From NCBI GenBank assembly GCA_037479045.1, contig JBBFLL010000012.1:2355-66354 (forward strand): 64,000 nt of DNA, read 5' to 3'. The translations under genes were made by a program, and so were the position numbers. This document shows positions 49,300-59,386 of this stretch, one piece after another. Within the stretch, counting starts at the first letter, position 1; every line of letters starts with the position of its first letter. Under the pieces are notes generated by a model. The model saw only the letters and a program-made list of their open reading frames with translations, had not been told where the DNA came from and made no database searches. The stretch is from Brevinematales bacterium (GTDB lineage Bacteria > Spirochaetota > Brevinematia > Brevinematales > JAOACQ01).

Positions 49300-52014
49300 C
49301 TAAACAAGAATTACTTTTATATTATTTTTCTCTTTTGTAAGATAACAGTTGAGTTTTTCAAATGGTAGATAAAAATATTCATTAATAAATTGCTCTGGCA
49401 TTTTAAAATCGTTTATATATACATCTTTAATAGAATTGTAGAAATTCTTTTCCTTTTCAATTACAAAAACTACCTCAAGTCTCTTATTTGAGAAATTTAA
49501 CCCTATTGAAATACTATCCTTATTTCCAAAAAACTCTCTTGATAATTTTGGTTCTATAACAAGCCCACCAAGTTTACCCTTCACTCCATAGATTTCTGTT
49601 AACAAAGTTAAAATAAACCAGCTTGCAGAACCAGTGAGATAATGATACATTCCTTTGCCCTCTGGAGTAAAATATTCTGGTATTCCCGGATAAATATCTG
49701 CATTTTCACCTATACAAAGATTGTATATTGAATTGAAAACTTCAAAACCTTCTTCTATAAGTCCCTGTTTATAAAGAGCATTCATAAACATTACAACCAT
49801 ATGTGAAAAGGTTGCCCCATTCTCCTTTTCTCCATAAGCAAATGCATAAAGTCTTCCAAAGTTAAGCTGATTATCTTTACCTAATGGAGTATTGAGCTTA
49901 TATCCTCCATGAGATTCTTTAAGATATTTTTTTGCGGCATTATATACTGATTTTGCTTCTTTATCTTTTACGATGCCACCCATTAAGGTAAAGACTTGCC
50001 CTGTCAAGCACATCCTCACACCATCTTTCAAATCTTCATCTTTAAATATACCATCAACTCTCTTTCCATCATTGTTGTAATATCCATTAAAAAATGCTGT
50101 TTCATTATCAACTTTTACCCATTCATTTTTCTTTAAATGCTCATAAATCCAGTTTGCCTTGGCTTCAAGGTCTTTTGCAAGTTCAAGTAATGATAACTTT
50201 CTTGTTTTACCAGAAATTTCTGGATAGATAGATTCAAAATATTTCTCCAGAAGGTTATTTTTATAACTTATATTATCATAATCTGGCTTTCCATTTAATG
50301 TATCAAGAAGTATAAAAATCTCTTCAAACATCTCAATTTCTTTATATTCCTCTGAAATCTCTCTTAATAATTCAGCCATCTGTTTAAGATTATACCCATA
50401 TAAAGCTGTAAAAGCAACACTTTCACCTCGATCTTTTGCTTTGTCAATACCATCATTCCAGTCTGCACCTTCAAGTTTCATAATATTATGTTCTCCTACA
50501 TTGAAGAAACTTGATAAATGCTGGACAAGAATATGTTCAAGTATGGTAGAAAAGTAAATTTTACCATTTTTATCTTTATGATTCAATCCATACTTGTCAG
50601 TCCAATTTACATCTTTTCTTGTGGCCCTGCAAATTATTCCATCTCTGAAATAAGATTGCTTCTCAAAAAGAATTTTTGTATCACCAGTTTGATCAATGTA
50701 GAGTTTTGTTGTTAAAAAAGGCCATGTCCCATGATCCATCCATATCCTTGGAATATTATTTCTATCTGCAATAAATTCACCCTTATTCTTTCCAATAATT
50801 GTAGCATTACTTCCATCTATTCTCACACCTGCAAAATTGTTTATGAGAATGTCCCTCACATCATCAGGATTCTGAAGAATTAAAGAAAGACAGTCCTGCC
50901 AGAGATCCCTCCAGCCTCGACCACCCTTTCCATAGTCATGATGTGGTAAAAATGAACACCCATAAATTTTTCTCAAAACAGGTTGAATATTTATCCACTT
51001 CATCACTCCATCAAAAAGAGGGAGTTCAGATTTAAACTCTATCAAATTTGCTCTTTTTTGCCAGAATTTTTTATTTTCTTCCAGAGATGTTAAAACTTTT
51101 TCTTTTGAATTGTATTTATTTATTATACTGAAAATATCTTCGTTTTCTTCCTTAATTCCAATAAGTATTATAAATGCCTTTTCTTCTTGCGGAGAAAGTG
51201 TAAAATCCTTAAACCTTAAAGCTCCTATAACTTCCTGCCCATCAGTCCTTTCTTGTTTGAATTTGCTAAGAGATTCTCCTTTTAATAAAGCCTCAGGCCA
51301 TTCAAGTGTACCATTTTTCCCGATAAAACTGTGTAGAAGTGGTAATTTTTCTACAGGTTTATCACCATTATCTTCAAAACCCAAAACATAATACTCAAGA
51401 GTATTTGGAGTGTGCCCTCTCTCATCAAAAATTATAAGAGGTTTTAAAATAACGCCTTCATCTATTTCTTTTACTCTGTTAACAAGTGAAATAACGTGCC
51501 TGTGATCTCTTATATTCTCTGCTGATCTACCATATAGTTGAATAGCTGATGTTGGTATGAAATCCAGCTTTTCATTGCCAATGTTTTTTACTTTCACATA
51601 CATTATTTCAACATAATTATTATCACTCGGGACAAAACTTAAAATCTCAGATTTAAGCCCAAAGGCTTTATCAGTATATTCTACAAGATGCCACAACAAT
51701 CCTGCCTTTACTTTTCTTTCTATACTTTTTCCTTCAAGTTCTCTTAAAGCCTGTGGTAAAGAATTTCCAGTTGCCGACCACAAACCTTTGCCTTTTATAT
51801 AAAACCAGAAATTTCTTGGAGATCTGGTATTATGCAAATCTTCGATAGTAACAGGAGGCAAAATGAAACTTTTATTTGAGGTCTTTGAGTCTCCATGTAA
51901 GTATGGAGTAATACTTGACATCATTCCAGTCTCATTGCATAAAGGAAAATATAAATCTCTACTCACCCTTGTGCATTCAAAAGAAGCCATATCATCTGTA
52001 AAATTGAAATTCAT
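49300..52014 (-). CDS. GH94 phosphorylase, laminaribiose-phosphorylase-like
   Basis: ~905 aa; RDHRHV, GGRGWRDLWQD, ADWNDG, ENGATFSH, YLTGSASW. Confidence 0.82.
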   Translation of the reverse strand: MNFNFTDDMASFECTRVSRDLYFPLCNETGMMSSITPYLHGDSKTSNKSFILPPVTIEDLHNTRSPRNFWFYIKGKGLWSATGNSLPQALRELEGKSIERKVKAGLLWHLVEYTDKAFGLKSEILSFVPSDNNYVEIMYVKVKNIGNEKLDFIPTSAIQLYGRSAENIRDHRHVISLVNRVKEIDEGVILKPLIIFDERGHTPNTLEYYVLGFEDNGDKPVEKLPLLHSFIGKNGTLEWPEALLKGESLSKFKQERTDGQEVIGALRFKDFTLSPQEEKAFIILIGIKEENEDIFSIINKYNSKEKVLTSLEENKKFWQKRANLIEFKSELPLFDGVMKWINIQPVLRKIYGCSFLPHHDYGKGGRGWRDLWQDCLSLILQNPDDVRDILINNFAGVRIDGSNATIIGKNKGEFIADRNNIPRIWMDHGTWPFLTTKLYIDQTGDTKILFEKQSYFRDGIICRATRKDVNWTDKYGLNHKDKNGKIYFSTILEHILVQHLSSFFNVGEHNIMKLEGADWNDGIDKAKDRGESVAFTALYGYNLKQMAELLREISEEYKEIEMFEEIFILLDTLNGKPDYDNISYKNNLLEKYFESIYPEISGKTRKLSLLELAKDLEAKANWIYEHLKKNEWVKVDNETAFFNGYYNNDGKRVDGIFKDEDLKDGVRMCLTGQVFTLMGGIVKDKEAKSVYNAAKKYLKESHGGYKLNTPLGKDNQLNFGRLYAFAYGEKENGATFSHMVVMFMNALYKQGLIEEGFEVFNSIYNLCIGENADIYPGIPEYFTPEGKGMYHYLTGSASWFILTLLTEIYGVKGKLGGLVIEPKLSREFFGNKDSISIGLNFSNKRLEVVFVIEKEKNFYNSIKDVYINDFKMPEQFINEYFYLPFEKLNCYLTKEKNNIKVILV

Positions 52015-52185
52015 ATACAATCCTCCCTCCTTATATCTTAAAGCAAGATTAAAATTAATTCAAGTAAAAAGAGAGTTGTGCTATATAGCAAAAAACTTTT
52101 TTTCAAAAAAACGAAAAAAAATTTGTATTTTGATAAAAAATTAATTATAATTTACAATCTATATAGTTTTTATGGAGGATTGTTA

Positions 52186-52662
52186 ATGAGATTAAAAGAT
52201 TTTTTAAAACCAGAATATGTTAAAATAATCAATAATGGTGCTAAAAATAAAGAAGATATACTTAATGAAATTGCTGGTGTTTTAACAGAAAAACACAATC
52301 TTGAAGACAAAAAAGAGGTTTTTAAGGCATTAATGGAAAGAGAAAGAAAGGGCTCAACAGGTCTTGGTAAAGGTCTTGCTGTTCCTCATGGAAGAAGTCC
52401 AAAGGTTAAAGGTATGCATGTATGTGTTGTGTATTATCCAAACGGCAAGGATTTTGAGGCTTATGACAAAAAACCTTCAAGTCTTTTCTTCTCTGCAATT
52501 ACCTCAGATGACTATAGTCCGCATGAACAACTCGAAATTTTAAGAATTATAGCCGAAATCTATGAAAAGACTGATATTTCTACAGTAATACACAATGTAA
52601 AAGATTCAAATGAGCTATTTGATCTTCTTATGAAGAAAGAAGAGGAAACCTTAAATATTTAA
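52186..52662 (+). CDS. PTS EIIA (fructose/nitrogen-type) domain protein
   Basis: ERERKGSTGLGKGLAVPHGR; start MRLKDF after GGAGG. Confidence 0.9.
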   Translation: MRLKDFLKPEYVKIINNGAKNKEDILNEIAGVLTEKHNLEDKKEVFKALMERERKGSTGLGKGLAVPHGRSPKVKGMHVCVVYYPNGKDFEAYDKKPSSLFFSAITSDDYSPHEQLEILRIIAEIYEKTDISTVIHNVKDSNELFDLLMKKEEETLNI

Positions 52663-52666
52663 ATCT

Positions 52667-53323
52667 ATGGCAAAAAGAAAAAGGAAAAAAAGTAAACTTG
52701 TTCCAATCTTGTGGATTATCACATTAATACTCTTTGGTCTCTATTTTCTATACAATAATTTCGATATAAAAAAGTTGTTCCCTCAAAAAGGTCAAAAATC
52801 TTCAATTTCTAACAATAGTTCAAAAACATTTTTTTCTATGCCAGTTATAGAAACACATAAATCATCAGCTTCAACTTCATCTCAAAAAAGTTCTTCTACT
52901 TCAAGCATGAAAGTTAAATTGTATGTTGGAAAAATGTCGGACAAATTTATATCATTAGTGCCAGTTGAAAAAGATATTCCCAGAAGTGCAACTCCCTTGA
53001 AAGATACATTAAAAGCCCTTATAGAATACAGAGATGAAAATTATCTTAACCTTATTCCATTAAACACAAAAATCAATAATGTGTGGATAAAAGACTCTTT
53101 TGTTTACGTTGATTTCAGTGAAGAATTTAACTACAACTCTTATGGTGTCGCAGGCTACAATATTCAGGTATATCAGATTGTTTATACAGCTACCCAGTTT
53201 GAGAATCTCAAAGGGGTTTATTTTTACATAAATGGGAAACCTATCAAATATCTTGGTGGCGAGGGTTTTTTAATCAACAATCCGGTTAAGCCATATACCT
53301 CTCTTCCAAAATTTTCATTTTAA
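52667..53323 (+). CDS. GerMN domain membrane-anchored protein
   Basis: N-terminal TM, Ser-rich linker, VDFSEEF, QIVYTATQF. Confidence 0.85.
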   Translation: MAKRKRKKSKLVPILWIITLILFGLYFLYNNFDIKKLFPQKGQKSSISNNSSKTFFSMPVIETHKSSASTSSQKSSSTSSMKVKLYVGKMSDKFISLVPVEKDIPRSATPLKDTLKALIEYRDENYLNLIPLNTKINNVWIKDSFVYVDFSEEFNYNSYGVAGYNIQVYQIVYTATQFENLKGVYFYINGKPIKYLGGEGFLINNPVKPYTSLPKFSF

Positions 53324-54660
53324 TCAAGCCCAAATTCTTTTAATTTTTTATGAAGATAGCTTCTATCTATATCAAGGGATTCTGCTGTTTTTGATATGTT
53401 ATAATCAAACTTTTTTAGTCTTTCCTCTATAAGCTCTTTTTCAAAAATATTTCTTGCATCTTTAAGTGTAAGATTTTCATATTTATTTTCACTCTTTTCT
53501 ATCTTAGCTGAAGAATATAATTTTATATCTTCTTCTGTTATTTCATTTTTATTTGCAAGTATTAAAACTCTTTCGACAAAATTTTTAAGCTCACGAACAT
53601 TTCCCGGCCAGTGCATATGTTTGAGAAATTTTATTGCTCCATCTGAAAAAATATGAGATTTATTATTTCGGAAATTATATTCTTCCACAAAAAATTGCAC
53701 AAGTTCTTCTATGTCTTCTTTTCTTTCTCTTAATGGAGGTATGTGGATTGGAATTACATTAAGGCGGTAAAACAAATCTTCCCTAAATAGCCCTTTCTTA
53801 ATTTCTGAATGAAGATTTTTATTAGTAGCCGAAATAATTCTTACATCTACTTCAAGCAAAGTATTTCCACCCACTCTTTCAAACTGTCTCTCCTGAATTA
53901 CTCTGAGTAGCTTTGCCTGTGCAGGCAAGCTCAAATCACCCACCTCATCAAGAAAAAGAGTCCCTCTATGTGCTAACTCTATCTTACCTTTTTTCTGCTT
54001 ATTTGCACCAGTAAATGCCCCTTTTTCATAACCAAAAAGCTCTGATTCTATAAGAGTATCGGGAATAGCTGCACAGTTTATACCAACAAAGGGATAGTTT
54101 TTCCTTTTACTTTTGTTATGTATTATTCTTGCTATTAATTCCTTACCTGTGCCATTTTCGCCTGTTATAAGAACGCTTGCATCAGAAGAAGCAATTCTAT
54201 CAACGGAAGAAAGAATTTCATTGACAATTCGGCTTTTACCTATAAATTTTATCTCTGAAATTTTAGTCTTCAAGTTTAAGTTTTCAACCTGCAATTCCTT
54301 TATCTTCAATGCATTCTTAACCGTTGTAAGAATTCTCTCAACTGAAAGAGGTTTTTCTATAAAATCAAATGCACCTATTTTCATGGCTTCAACAGCCATT
54401 CTTATATCACCATGCCCCGAAATTATTATAATCGGTATTATTGGAAATTCGCTGTGAATTGATTTTAAAACTTCTATTCCACTCTTACCGGGAAGCATAA
54501 CATCAAGAATAATTACATCAACATCTTCATAGAAAAACTTCTTTTCAGCCTCTTCTCCACTTTCTGCCGTCACAATATCATAACCTTCATCCTTCAAAAT
54601 ATCAGATATTGTGTTTCTTATGTTTATCTCATCATCAACTATAAGTATTTTACCCTTCAC
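53320..54660 (-). CDS. Sigma54-dependent response regulator (NtrX/NtrC-like)
   Basis: REC; GENGTGKE, ESELFG, GAFTGA, FREDLFYRL, Fis-type HTH. Confidence 0.95.
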   Translation of the reverse strand: MKGKILIVDDEINIRNTISDILKDEGYDIVTAESGEEAEKKFFYEDVDVIILDVMLPGKSGIEVLKSIHSEFPIIPIIIISGHGDIRMAVEAMKIGAFDFIEKPLSVERILTTVKNALKIKELQVENLNLKTKISEIKFIGKSRIVNEILSSVDRIASSDASVLITGENGTGKELIARIIHNKSKRKNYPFVGINCAAIPDTLIESELFGYEKGAFTGANKQKKGKIELAHRGTLFLDEVGDLSLPAQAKLLRVIQERQFERVGGNTLLEVDVRIISATNKNLHSEIKKGLFREDLFYRLNVIPIHIPPLRERKEDIEELVQFFVEEYNFRNNKSHIFSDGAIKFLKHMHWPGNVRELKNFVERVLILANKNEITEEDIKLYSSAKIEKSENKYENLTLKDARNIFEKELIEERLKKFDYNISKTAESLDIDRSYLHKKLKEFGLD

Positions 54661-56332
54661 TTTTTACTCCTTCTGAAGGAAGTTCAAAATAAAAAGTAAC
54701 CCCAACATCATCATTTATAAAATCTAACTTTCCATTATGTTCGGCAATTATTCTTTCTGATAAAGCAAGCCCAATTCCATTACCCTCGCTTTTTGTTGTA
54801 AAATAGGGTTTAAAAATTTGCTCTTCTATGTTGCTATCTATACCTTTACCAAAATCTTTAACATATACTCTTAAGTTATTCTCTTTGAGTTCTACACCTA
54901 ATATTATTTTCTTTTCAATAGTCGCTTCAACCGCATTCTTAACAAGATTAAATAAAACCTGCTTTATTTTTTCTCTATCAAATTCAATCAAAAATGAATC
55001 GTAATCACTATTAAAAACAAACTCTATATCAGGATAGGCATTACTGAAGAAATCTTTTACCTCTGAAATAACTTTTATAATATCATGCTTCTCTATATTC
55101 AGTGGAGGCAATCTTAAAAATTTTGAAAATTCATTTATCAGATTTTCTATTCTCTTTGTTTCTTCAATTATTGTCGTTAATGTTTTATCAAAAATGCCAT
55201 TGAAGTTTTCCTTGTCTTTTGTAATTAAAAGTCTTTCTGCCGATAACTTTATAGGAGTGAGTGGATTTTTTATTTCATGAGCAAGTTTTCTTGCAACCTC
55301 CTGCCAAGCCTCAATTCTTTCAATTCTCTTTATTTTCTGATAGGCTTCCTTTAAATTTTCTGCCATAATATTAAAATTATTTGCAAGATCCTCAAGTTCA
55401 TCTTTTGAATTTACTTTCACCCTGTAGTTAAGATTTTTAGATAGATAAATAGTTCCTTTCAAAAGTTTTTCTACAGGAATAGTTATATTTCTTGCTGCAA
55501 ATAAACCTATATAAAACGCTCCAAAAAGTATCGGTATTGATAAAATTATTACTGAAATCAAAGAAACCGGAAAAATCAAATTTCTCAGTTTTTTTATCTT
55601 TTCAAGCATTTCTTCATTTTTCTTCATTGCTGGTATGGCCTCATTCAATGGTAAAGGAATATTTTCTCCATAAAATGCATTTTTTTGGCTTATAAATGCT
55701 ACCCCTTTAATATGTTCAGTATAAAAAACGTTGCCCCTTATAGAATAGAAAAAGTCTTTATAAGAAATATTAGATATAATTTCTGGTATTTTTATATCAC
55801 TTTCATTTTTTTCAAGCACTAAATTTGTTTTTTTTATTCTCAAAATAACAGGAAAATCATTTAAATTGTTTGTTTTTGAAAGTAAATTTTGTTCAAAATG
55901 TTTTTGATAATAATTAAACATAATTTTATAATCATTAAGAAGAGTGGTTGATATTTTTCTCTCTTCTTCTATAAAAGTTGACTCTATAAGGAAAATGAGA
56001 TAAAACATAAGCCCGGCAAACACAAGTATAGAAATGAGAATAGTAACTATAAAGTAGACAGTAATTTTGCCCCTTAGCTTATATCCTTTAACACCCTTTT
56101 GTTTATAAATATAAAGCCTTAAAAGATTGTAAACAAGAATAACACCCAAAGCACTGAAAATAAAAAATACTATTGGCACAACTAAAAGTATAGTCTCGTT
56201 TGCTTCAATTGATAACAACCATTTATAAGAAAAATACCAGATAAGACCGGAAAAAATAAGAATAGCAAGAGTAAGAAAAAAAATCTCCCTCTTTTTATAA
56301 CTTTCAGTCCTCGTCAAACTTCGACACCTCAA
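54650..56332 (-). CDS. HAMP-containing sensor histidine kinase (NtrY-like); start uncertain
   Basis: TMs, HAMP, WQEVARKLAHEIKNPLTPI, NLVKNA, GIGL. Confidence 0.9.
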   Translation of the reverse strand: MRCRSLTRTESYKKREIFFLTLAILIFSGLIWYFSYKWLLSIEANETILLVVPIVFFIFSALGVILVYNLLRLYIYKQKGVKGYKLRGKITVYFIVTILISILVFAGLMFYLIFLIESTFIEEERKISTTLLNDYKIMFNYYQKHFEQNLLSKTNNLNDFPVILRIKKTNLVLEKNESDIKIPEIISNISYKDFFYSIRGNVFYTEHIKGVAFISQKNAFYGENIPLPLNEAIPAMKKNEEMLEKIKKLRNLIFPVSLISVIILSIPILFGAFYIGLFAARNITIPVEKLLKGTIYLSKNLNYRVKVNSKDELEDLANNFNIMAENLKEAYQKIKRIERIEAWQEVARKLAHEIKNPLTPIKLSAERLLITKDKENFNGIFDKTLTTIIEETKRIENLINEFSKFLRLPPLNIEKHDIIKVISEVKDFFSNAYPDIEFVFNSDYDSFLIEFDREKIKQVLFNLVKNAVEATIEKKIILGVELKENNLRVYVKDFGKGIDSNIEEQIFKPYFTTKSEGNGIGLALSERIIAEHNGKLDFINDDVGVTFYFELPSEGVKSEG

Positions 56333-56573
56333 TAAGCTCTCTTATAGCTTTAAGAGCCTCTTCTTCATCTTCTCCATCAGCAACAATTTTCAAAACTGTT
56401 CCCTTTCCAGCAGCAAGAAGTAATAAATTCATTATACTTTTGCAGTTAACTTCTATGCCATCTTTTATTATTTTTATATCACTTTTAAAGTTACTTGCAA
56501 GAGTTGCAAGCAATGAAGACGGTCTGGCATGAAGCCCATATTCGTTTTGAATTGTTACATTTATTTCTTTCAT
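56304..56573 (-). CDS. ptsH: Phosphocarrier protein HPr
   Basis: GLHARP, KSIM. Confidence 0.95.
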   Translation of the reverse strand: MKEINVTIQNEYGLHARPSSLLATLASNFKSDIKIIKDGIEVNCKSIMNLLLLAAGKGTVLKIVADGEDEEEALKAIRELIEVSKFDED

Positions 56574-56632
56574 TTATTAAACCCCAATGATATTATTATT
56601 TTATAATATTTTTGAAAATCATACAAGTTATT

Positions 56633-57610
56633 TCATATATTTTCATTTTTTTTAAGAACACTCTTAATTTTTTGATTGAGTTCCTTTGCGGAATTATAAC
56701 CAAGTCTTAACATTATTTCCCTATAAGCCGCAACTTCAATAAGTAAGGCAATATTTCTTCCCGGACTTACAGGGATCTCTTTCTTTGGTATATTTATCCC
56801 CAGTATATTTTCATACTTTTCTTCTATACCAAGTCTATCATAGTTATATCCAACATCCCATTCATGAAGGTTTACAATCAGATCAACTTTCTCAGATTTC
56901 AAGATTTTACCTTCTCCAAAATACTGAGAAACATTTATAATCCCTATTCCTCTTATTTCAAGAAAGGGTCCATAATTGGCGCCGGGTTCTCCAATAAGCT
57001 CAAACCCCTTTGCCTTTCTTACCTTTTTAATTTTAACAAGATCATCAGAAATAAATCTATGCCCCCTCTCTATAAGACCAAGAACAGCCTCACTTTTGCC
57101 AATACCACTCTTACCAGTAATTAAAACTCCTATATTGTAGATAGAAACAAAATCCCCGTGAGTAATAATAAACGGAGAAAAATAGTCAGAAAGAAAAGCA
57201 GAAAGTAAAGAAATAAATTCCTTCGTTGGCTTTTTAGTCTTCAAAAGAGGAACTTTGAGCTTATCGCATAATTTGATAACAACTTCTGGAAGCTCAAGCC
57301 CATAAGTTACAATACAAACAGGTATCTGATAGCTGAAAAATTTTTCGAGTAACTCTATCTTACCTTCATTTGCTATCTTATGAAGATAAGCCACCTCCCC
57401 CCTTCCAAAAACCTGAATCCTTTCAAAAGCAAAATGTTCAAAAAAATCTGCCAGTGCAAGCCCCGGTCTATTTATTTCTTCGCTTATAATTACTCTATCA
57501 AAGCCTTCAGCACCAGCAACAATATTTAATTCAAACTCCTCTCCATTAGCCTTAGTTTTGTTAAAGAAATCTCTTACTGATATCTTCTGGAGGGAGAAGC
57601 CTTCTTCCAT
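56633..57610 (-). CDS. hprK: HPr kinase/phosphorylase
   Basis: RPGL, HG, GKSGIGKSE, SDD, EIRGIG, PGRN. Confidence 0.96.
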   Translation of the reverse strand: MEEGFSLQKISVRDFFNKTKANGEEFELNIVAGAEGFDRVIISEEINRPGLALADFFEHFAFERIQVFGRGEVAYLHKIANEGKIELLEKFFSYQIPVCIVTYGLELPEVVIKLCDKLKVPLLKTKKPTKEFISLLSAFLSDYFSPFIITHGDFVSIYNIGVLITGKSGIGKSEAVLGLIERGHRFISDDLVKIKKVRKAKGFELIGEPGANYGPFLEIRGIGIINVSQYFGEGKILKSEKVDLIVNLHEWDVGYNYDRLGIEEKYENILGINIPKKEIPVSPGRNIALLIEVAAYREIMLRLGYNSAKELNQKIKSVLKKNENI

Positions 57611-57631
57611 ATTTTCTCCAAAAAGTTAAAA

Positions 57632-57931
57632 TTAAGAGCCAGTATGATGATCTGTAATCTTATCCTTTTTCTTTTTAATCTCTTTTTCTATCTTGTCAGA
57701 CACAATGTCTATAGCTTCATTCCAGCTTGAAGATGATCCTTCAGCAAAAAAGGTTGAATGATCAGCTGGTATTTTAACCTCAATATTATAAATTGATCTT
57801 TCAAAAGAAACTATCACATTTACATTTAAAATATGATTAAAATAAAATTTAACCTTTTTCATTTTCTTTTCAAAATATTCTTTCATTTCGTCTGTAAACT
57901 CACAATTTCTTGCGGTGTAATTAATATTCAT
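57632..57931 (-). CDS. hpf: Ribosome hibernation promoting factor (short HPF/RaiA)
   Basis: MNINYTARN, AID...DKIEKEIKK; lies upstream of hprK. Confidence 0.85.
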   Translation of the reverse strand: MNINYTARNCEFTDEMKEYFEKKMKKVKFYFNHILNVNVIVSFERSIYNIEVKIPADHSTFFAEGSSSSWNEAIDIVSDKIEKEIKKKKDKITDHHTGS

Positions 57932-58026
57932 AAAGCTCTCCTTTTATTTCACTGTTTTGTATTAAAAACATCCTTGAAAATAAAGAAATTTATTAATAAA
58001 ACTAAATTAAAAAATACTAAATTCTA

Positions 58027-58395
58027 TTAAAGTATTGTTAATTTGAATACATCTATAAGCCACGATGAAAAATAAAGTAGAACAACAATAGTAGCTCCCA
58101 TAAAACAACAATAACATGTAGCATCATCTTCTAAAAACTGTCTCATACTCATGGCAAAAAAATTTTTACGTTCCAGAATATAAGATTCTGGCTTGCCAAT
58201 AAAAACCTCTACAGGAAAAATATTTGGTGCAAAAAGTGGAATAATACTTCCACAAACAACATTGTTTCTCAAAAAGAAATCAACATTTTCTTTAAAATCA
58301 GCTTTTAAGCTACTATTCTCAACAGAAAAAGAAGTTAAAGGAATAAAAACTGTAAGTAAAATTAACAAAAACCTTCTTAATAAAATCCCCCTCAT
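58027..58395 (-). CDS. Hypothetical protein
   Basis: RBS AGGAGG; signal-like N-terminus and C-terminal TM. Confidence 0.5.
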   Translation of the reverse strand: MRGILLRRFLLILLTVFIPLTSFSVENSSLKADFKENVDFFLRNNVVCGSIIPLFAPNIFPVEVFIGKPESYILERKNFFAMSMRQFLEDDATCYCCFMGATIVVLLYFSSWLIDVFKLTIL

Positions 58396-58433
58396 AGAAA
58401 ATATTATCCTCCTTAAGAAAATTGATTTTTGTT

Positions 58434-59234
58434 TTATTTTAGAAAACTGTTCTTGATCTTTTCAAGTTTTGCACGTAAGATCATTATTGCTTTCGTATGA
58501 AGTTGAGAAACTCTTGACTCTGTAACATTCAAGATAGTTCCTATTTCTTTGAGAGTCAATCCTTCATAATAATAGAGAATTAACACCTGTTTCTCTCTTT
58601 CTGGCAATTCCATTAAAGTTTTTGCAATTATCTTTTTTATTTCTTCTTTTTCTGCTGCAATGTCTGGATTGTAAGTATCTGGACTTTCCAAGGTTTCTTC
58701 TATTGAAAGAGGGGCATTATCACTACCATCATTCAAAAACCAGCTATCATCCATAGAAACCAATGAATTACCGCTTACCCTCAACAAAAGATTATGAAAG
58801 TCCTGAAGACTTAATCCCATAAAATCGGCAATTTCTTCATCTGCGGGAGACCTGCCGAGTTTACCTTCAAGTTCTGATATAGCCCTTTCTATTTCTTTTG
58901 CTTTCTGTCTTACAGAACGTGGTAGCCAGTCAATTGCCCTCAACTGATCAAAAATAGAACCTCGTATTCTTGTGACAGCATAAGTTTTAAACTTTATTTC
59001 CCTTTTTGGATCAAACTTATCTATAGCATCAATAAGACCTAAAACACCATAACTAACAAGATCGTTGAAATCTACATTGTTGGGAACATTCATTGCAACT
59101 CTACCAGCAACATATTTAACAAGAGGAGCATATTTCTCTATGAAATAATTTCTTATCTTCTGATCCTTTGTTTTTGAATATCTATCCCAGAGTTCTTCTT
59201 CTGAGATTTGTTCAAATTCTTCATAGCCCCTCAT
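58434..59234 (-). CDS. fliA: Sigma28 (FliA/WhiG) RNA polymerase sigma factor
   Basis: YAPLVKYVA, DLVSYG, RIRGSIFD, DWLPRS, LTLKEIG, ESRVSQLH. Confidence 0.93.
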   Translation of the reverse strand: MRGYEEFEQISEEELWDRYSKTKDQKIRNYFIEKYAPLVKYVAGRVAMNVPNNVDFNDLVSYGVLGLIDAIDKFDPKREIKFKTYAVTRIRGSIFDQLRAIDWLPRSVRQKAKEIERAISELEGKLGRSPADEEIADFMGLSLQDFHNLLLRVSGNSLVSMDDSWFLNDGSDNAPLSIEETLESPDTYNPDIAAEKEEIKKIIAKTLMELPEREKQVLILYYYEGLTLKEIGTILNVTESRVSQLHTKAIMILRAKLEKIKNSFLK

Positions 59235-59348
59235 TTTTTACTCCTGAAAAAAACAATTTTTATACTTTTTAGATTATAACTTATCTCTATTTTTTTGACA
59301 ATATTTTAAAATAAAATGTATTTAAGTTTAAAAATTTAGAAAAAACAT

Positions 59349-59375
59349 TGGGCTGTTCATCAAGTGAACAGCCCA
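59349..59375 (-). terminator. Intrinsic terminator of ppdK
   Basis: TGGGCTGTTCA/TGAACAGCCCA hairpin followed by a T-run on the minus strand. Confidence 0.85.
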
Positions 59376-59386
59376 GAAATTTAATT

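Noticed and set aside
52780-52910. Ser-rich low-complexity stretch in the GerMN gene
   Set aside because: An ordinary flexible linker between the TM anchor and the domain; no DNA-level tandem repeat.
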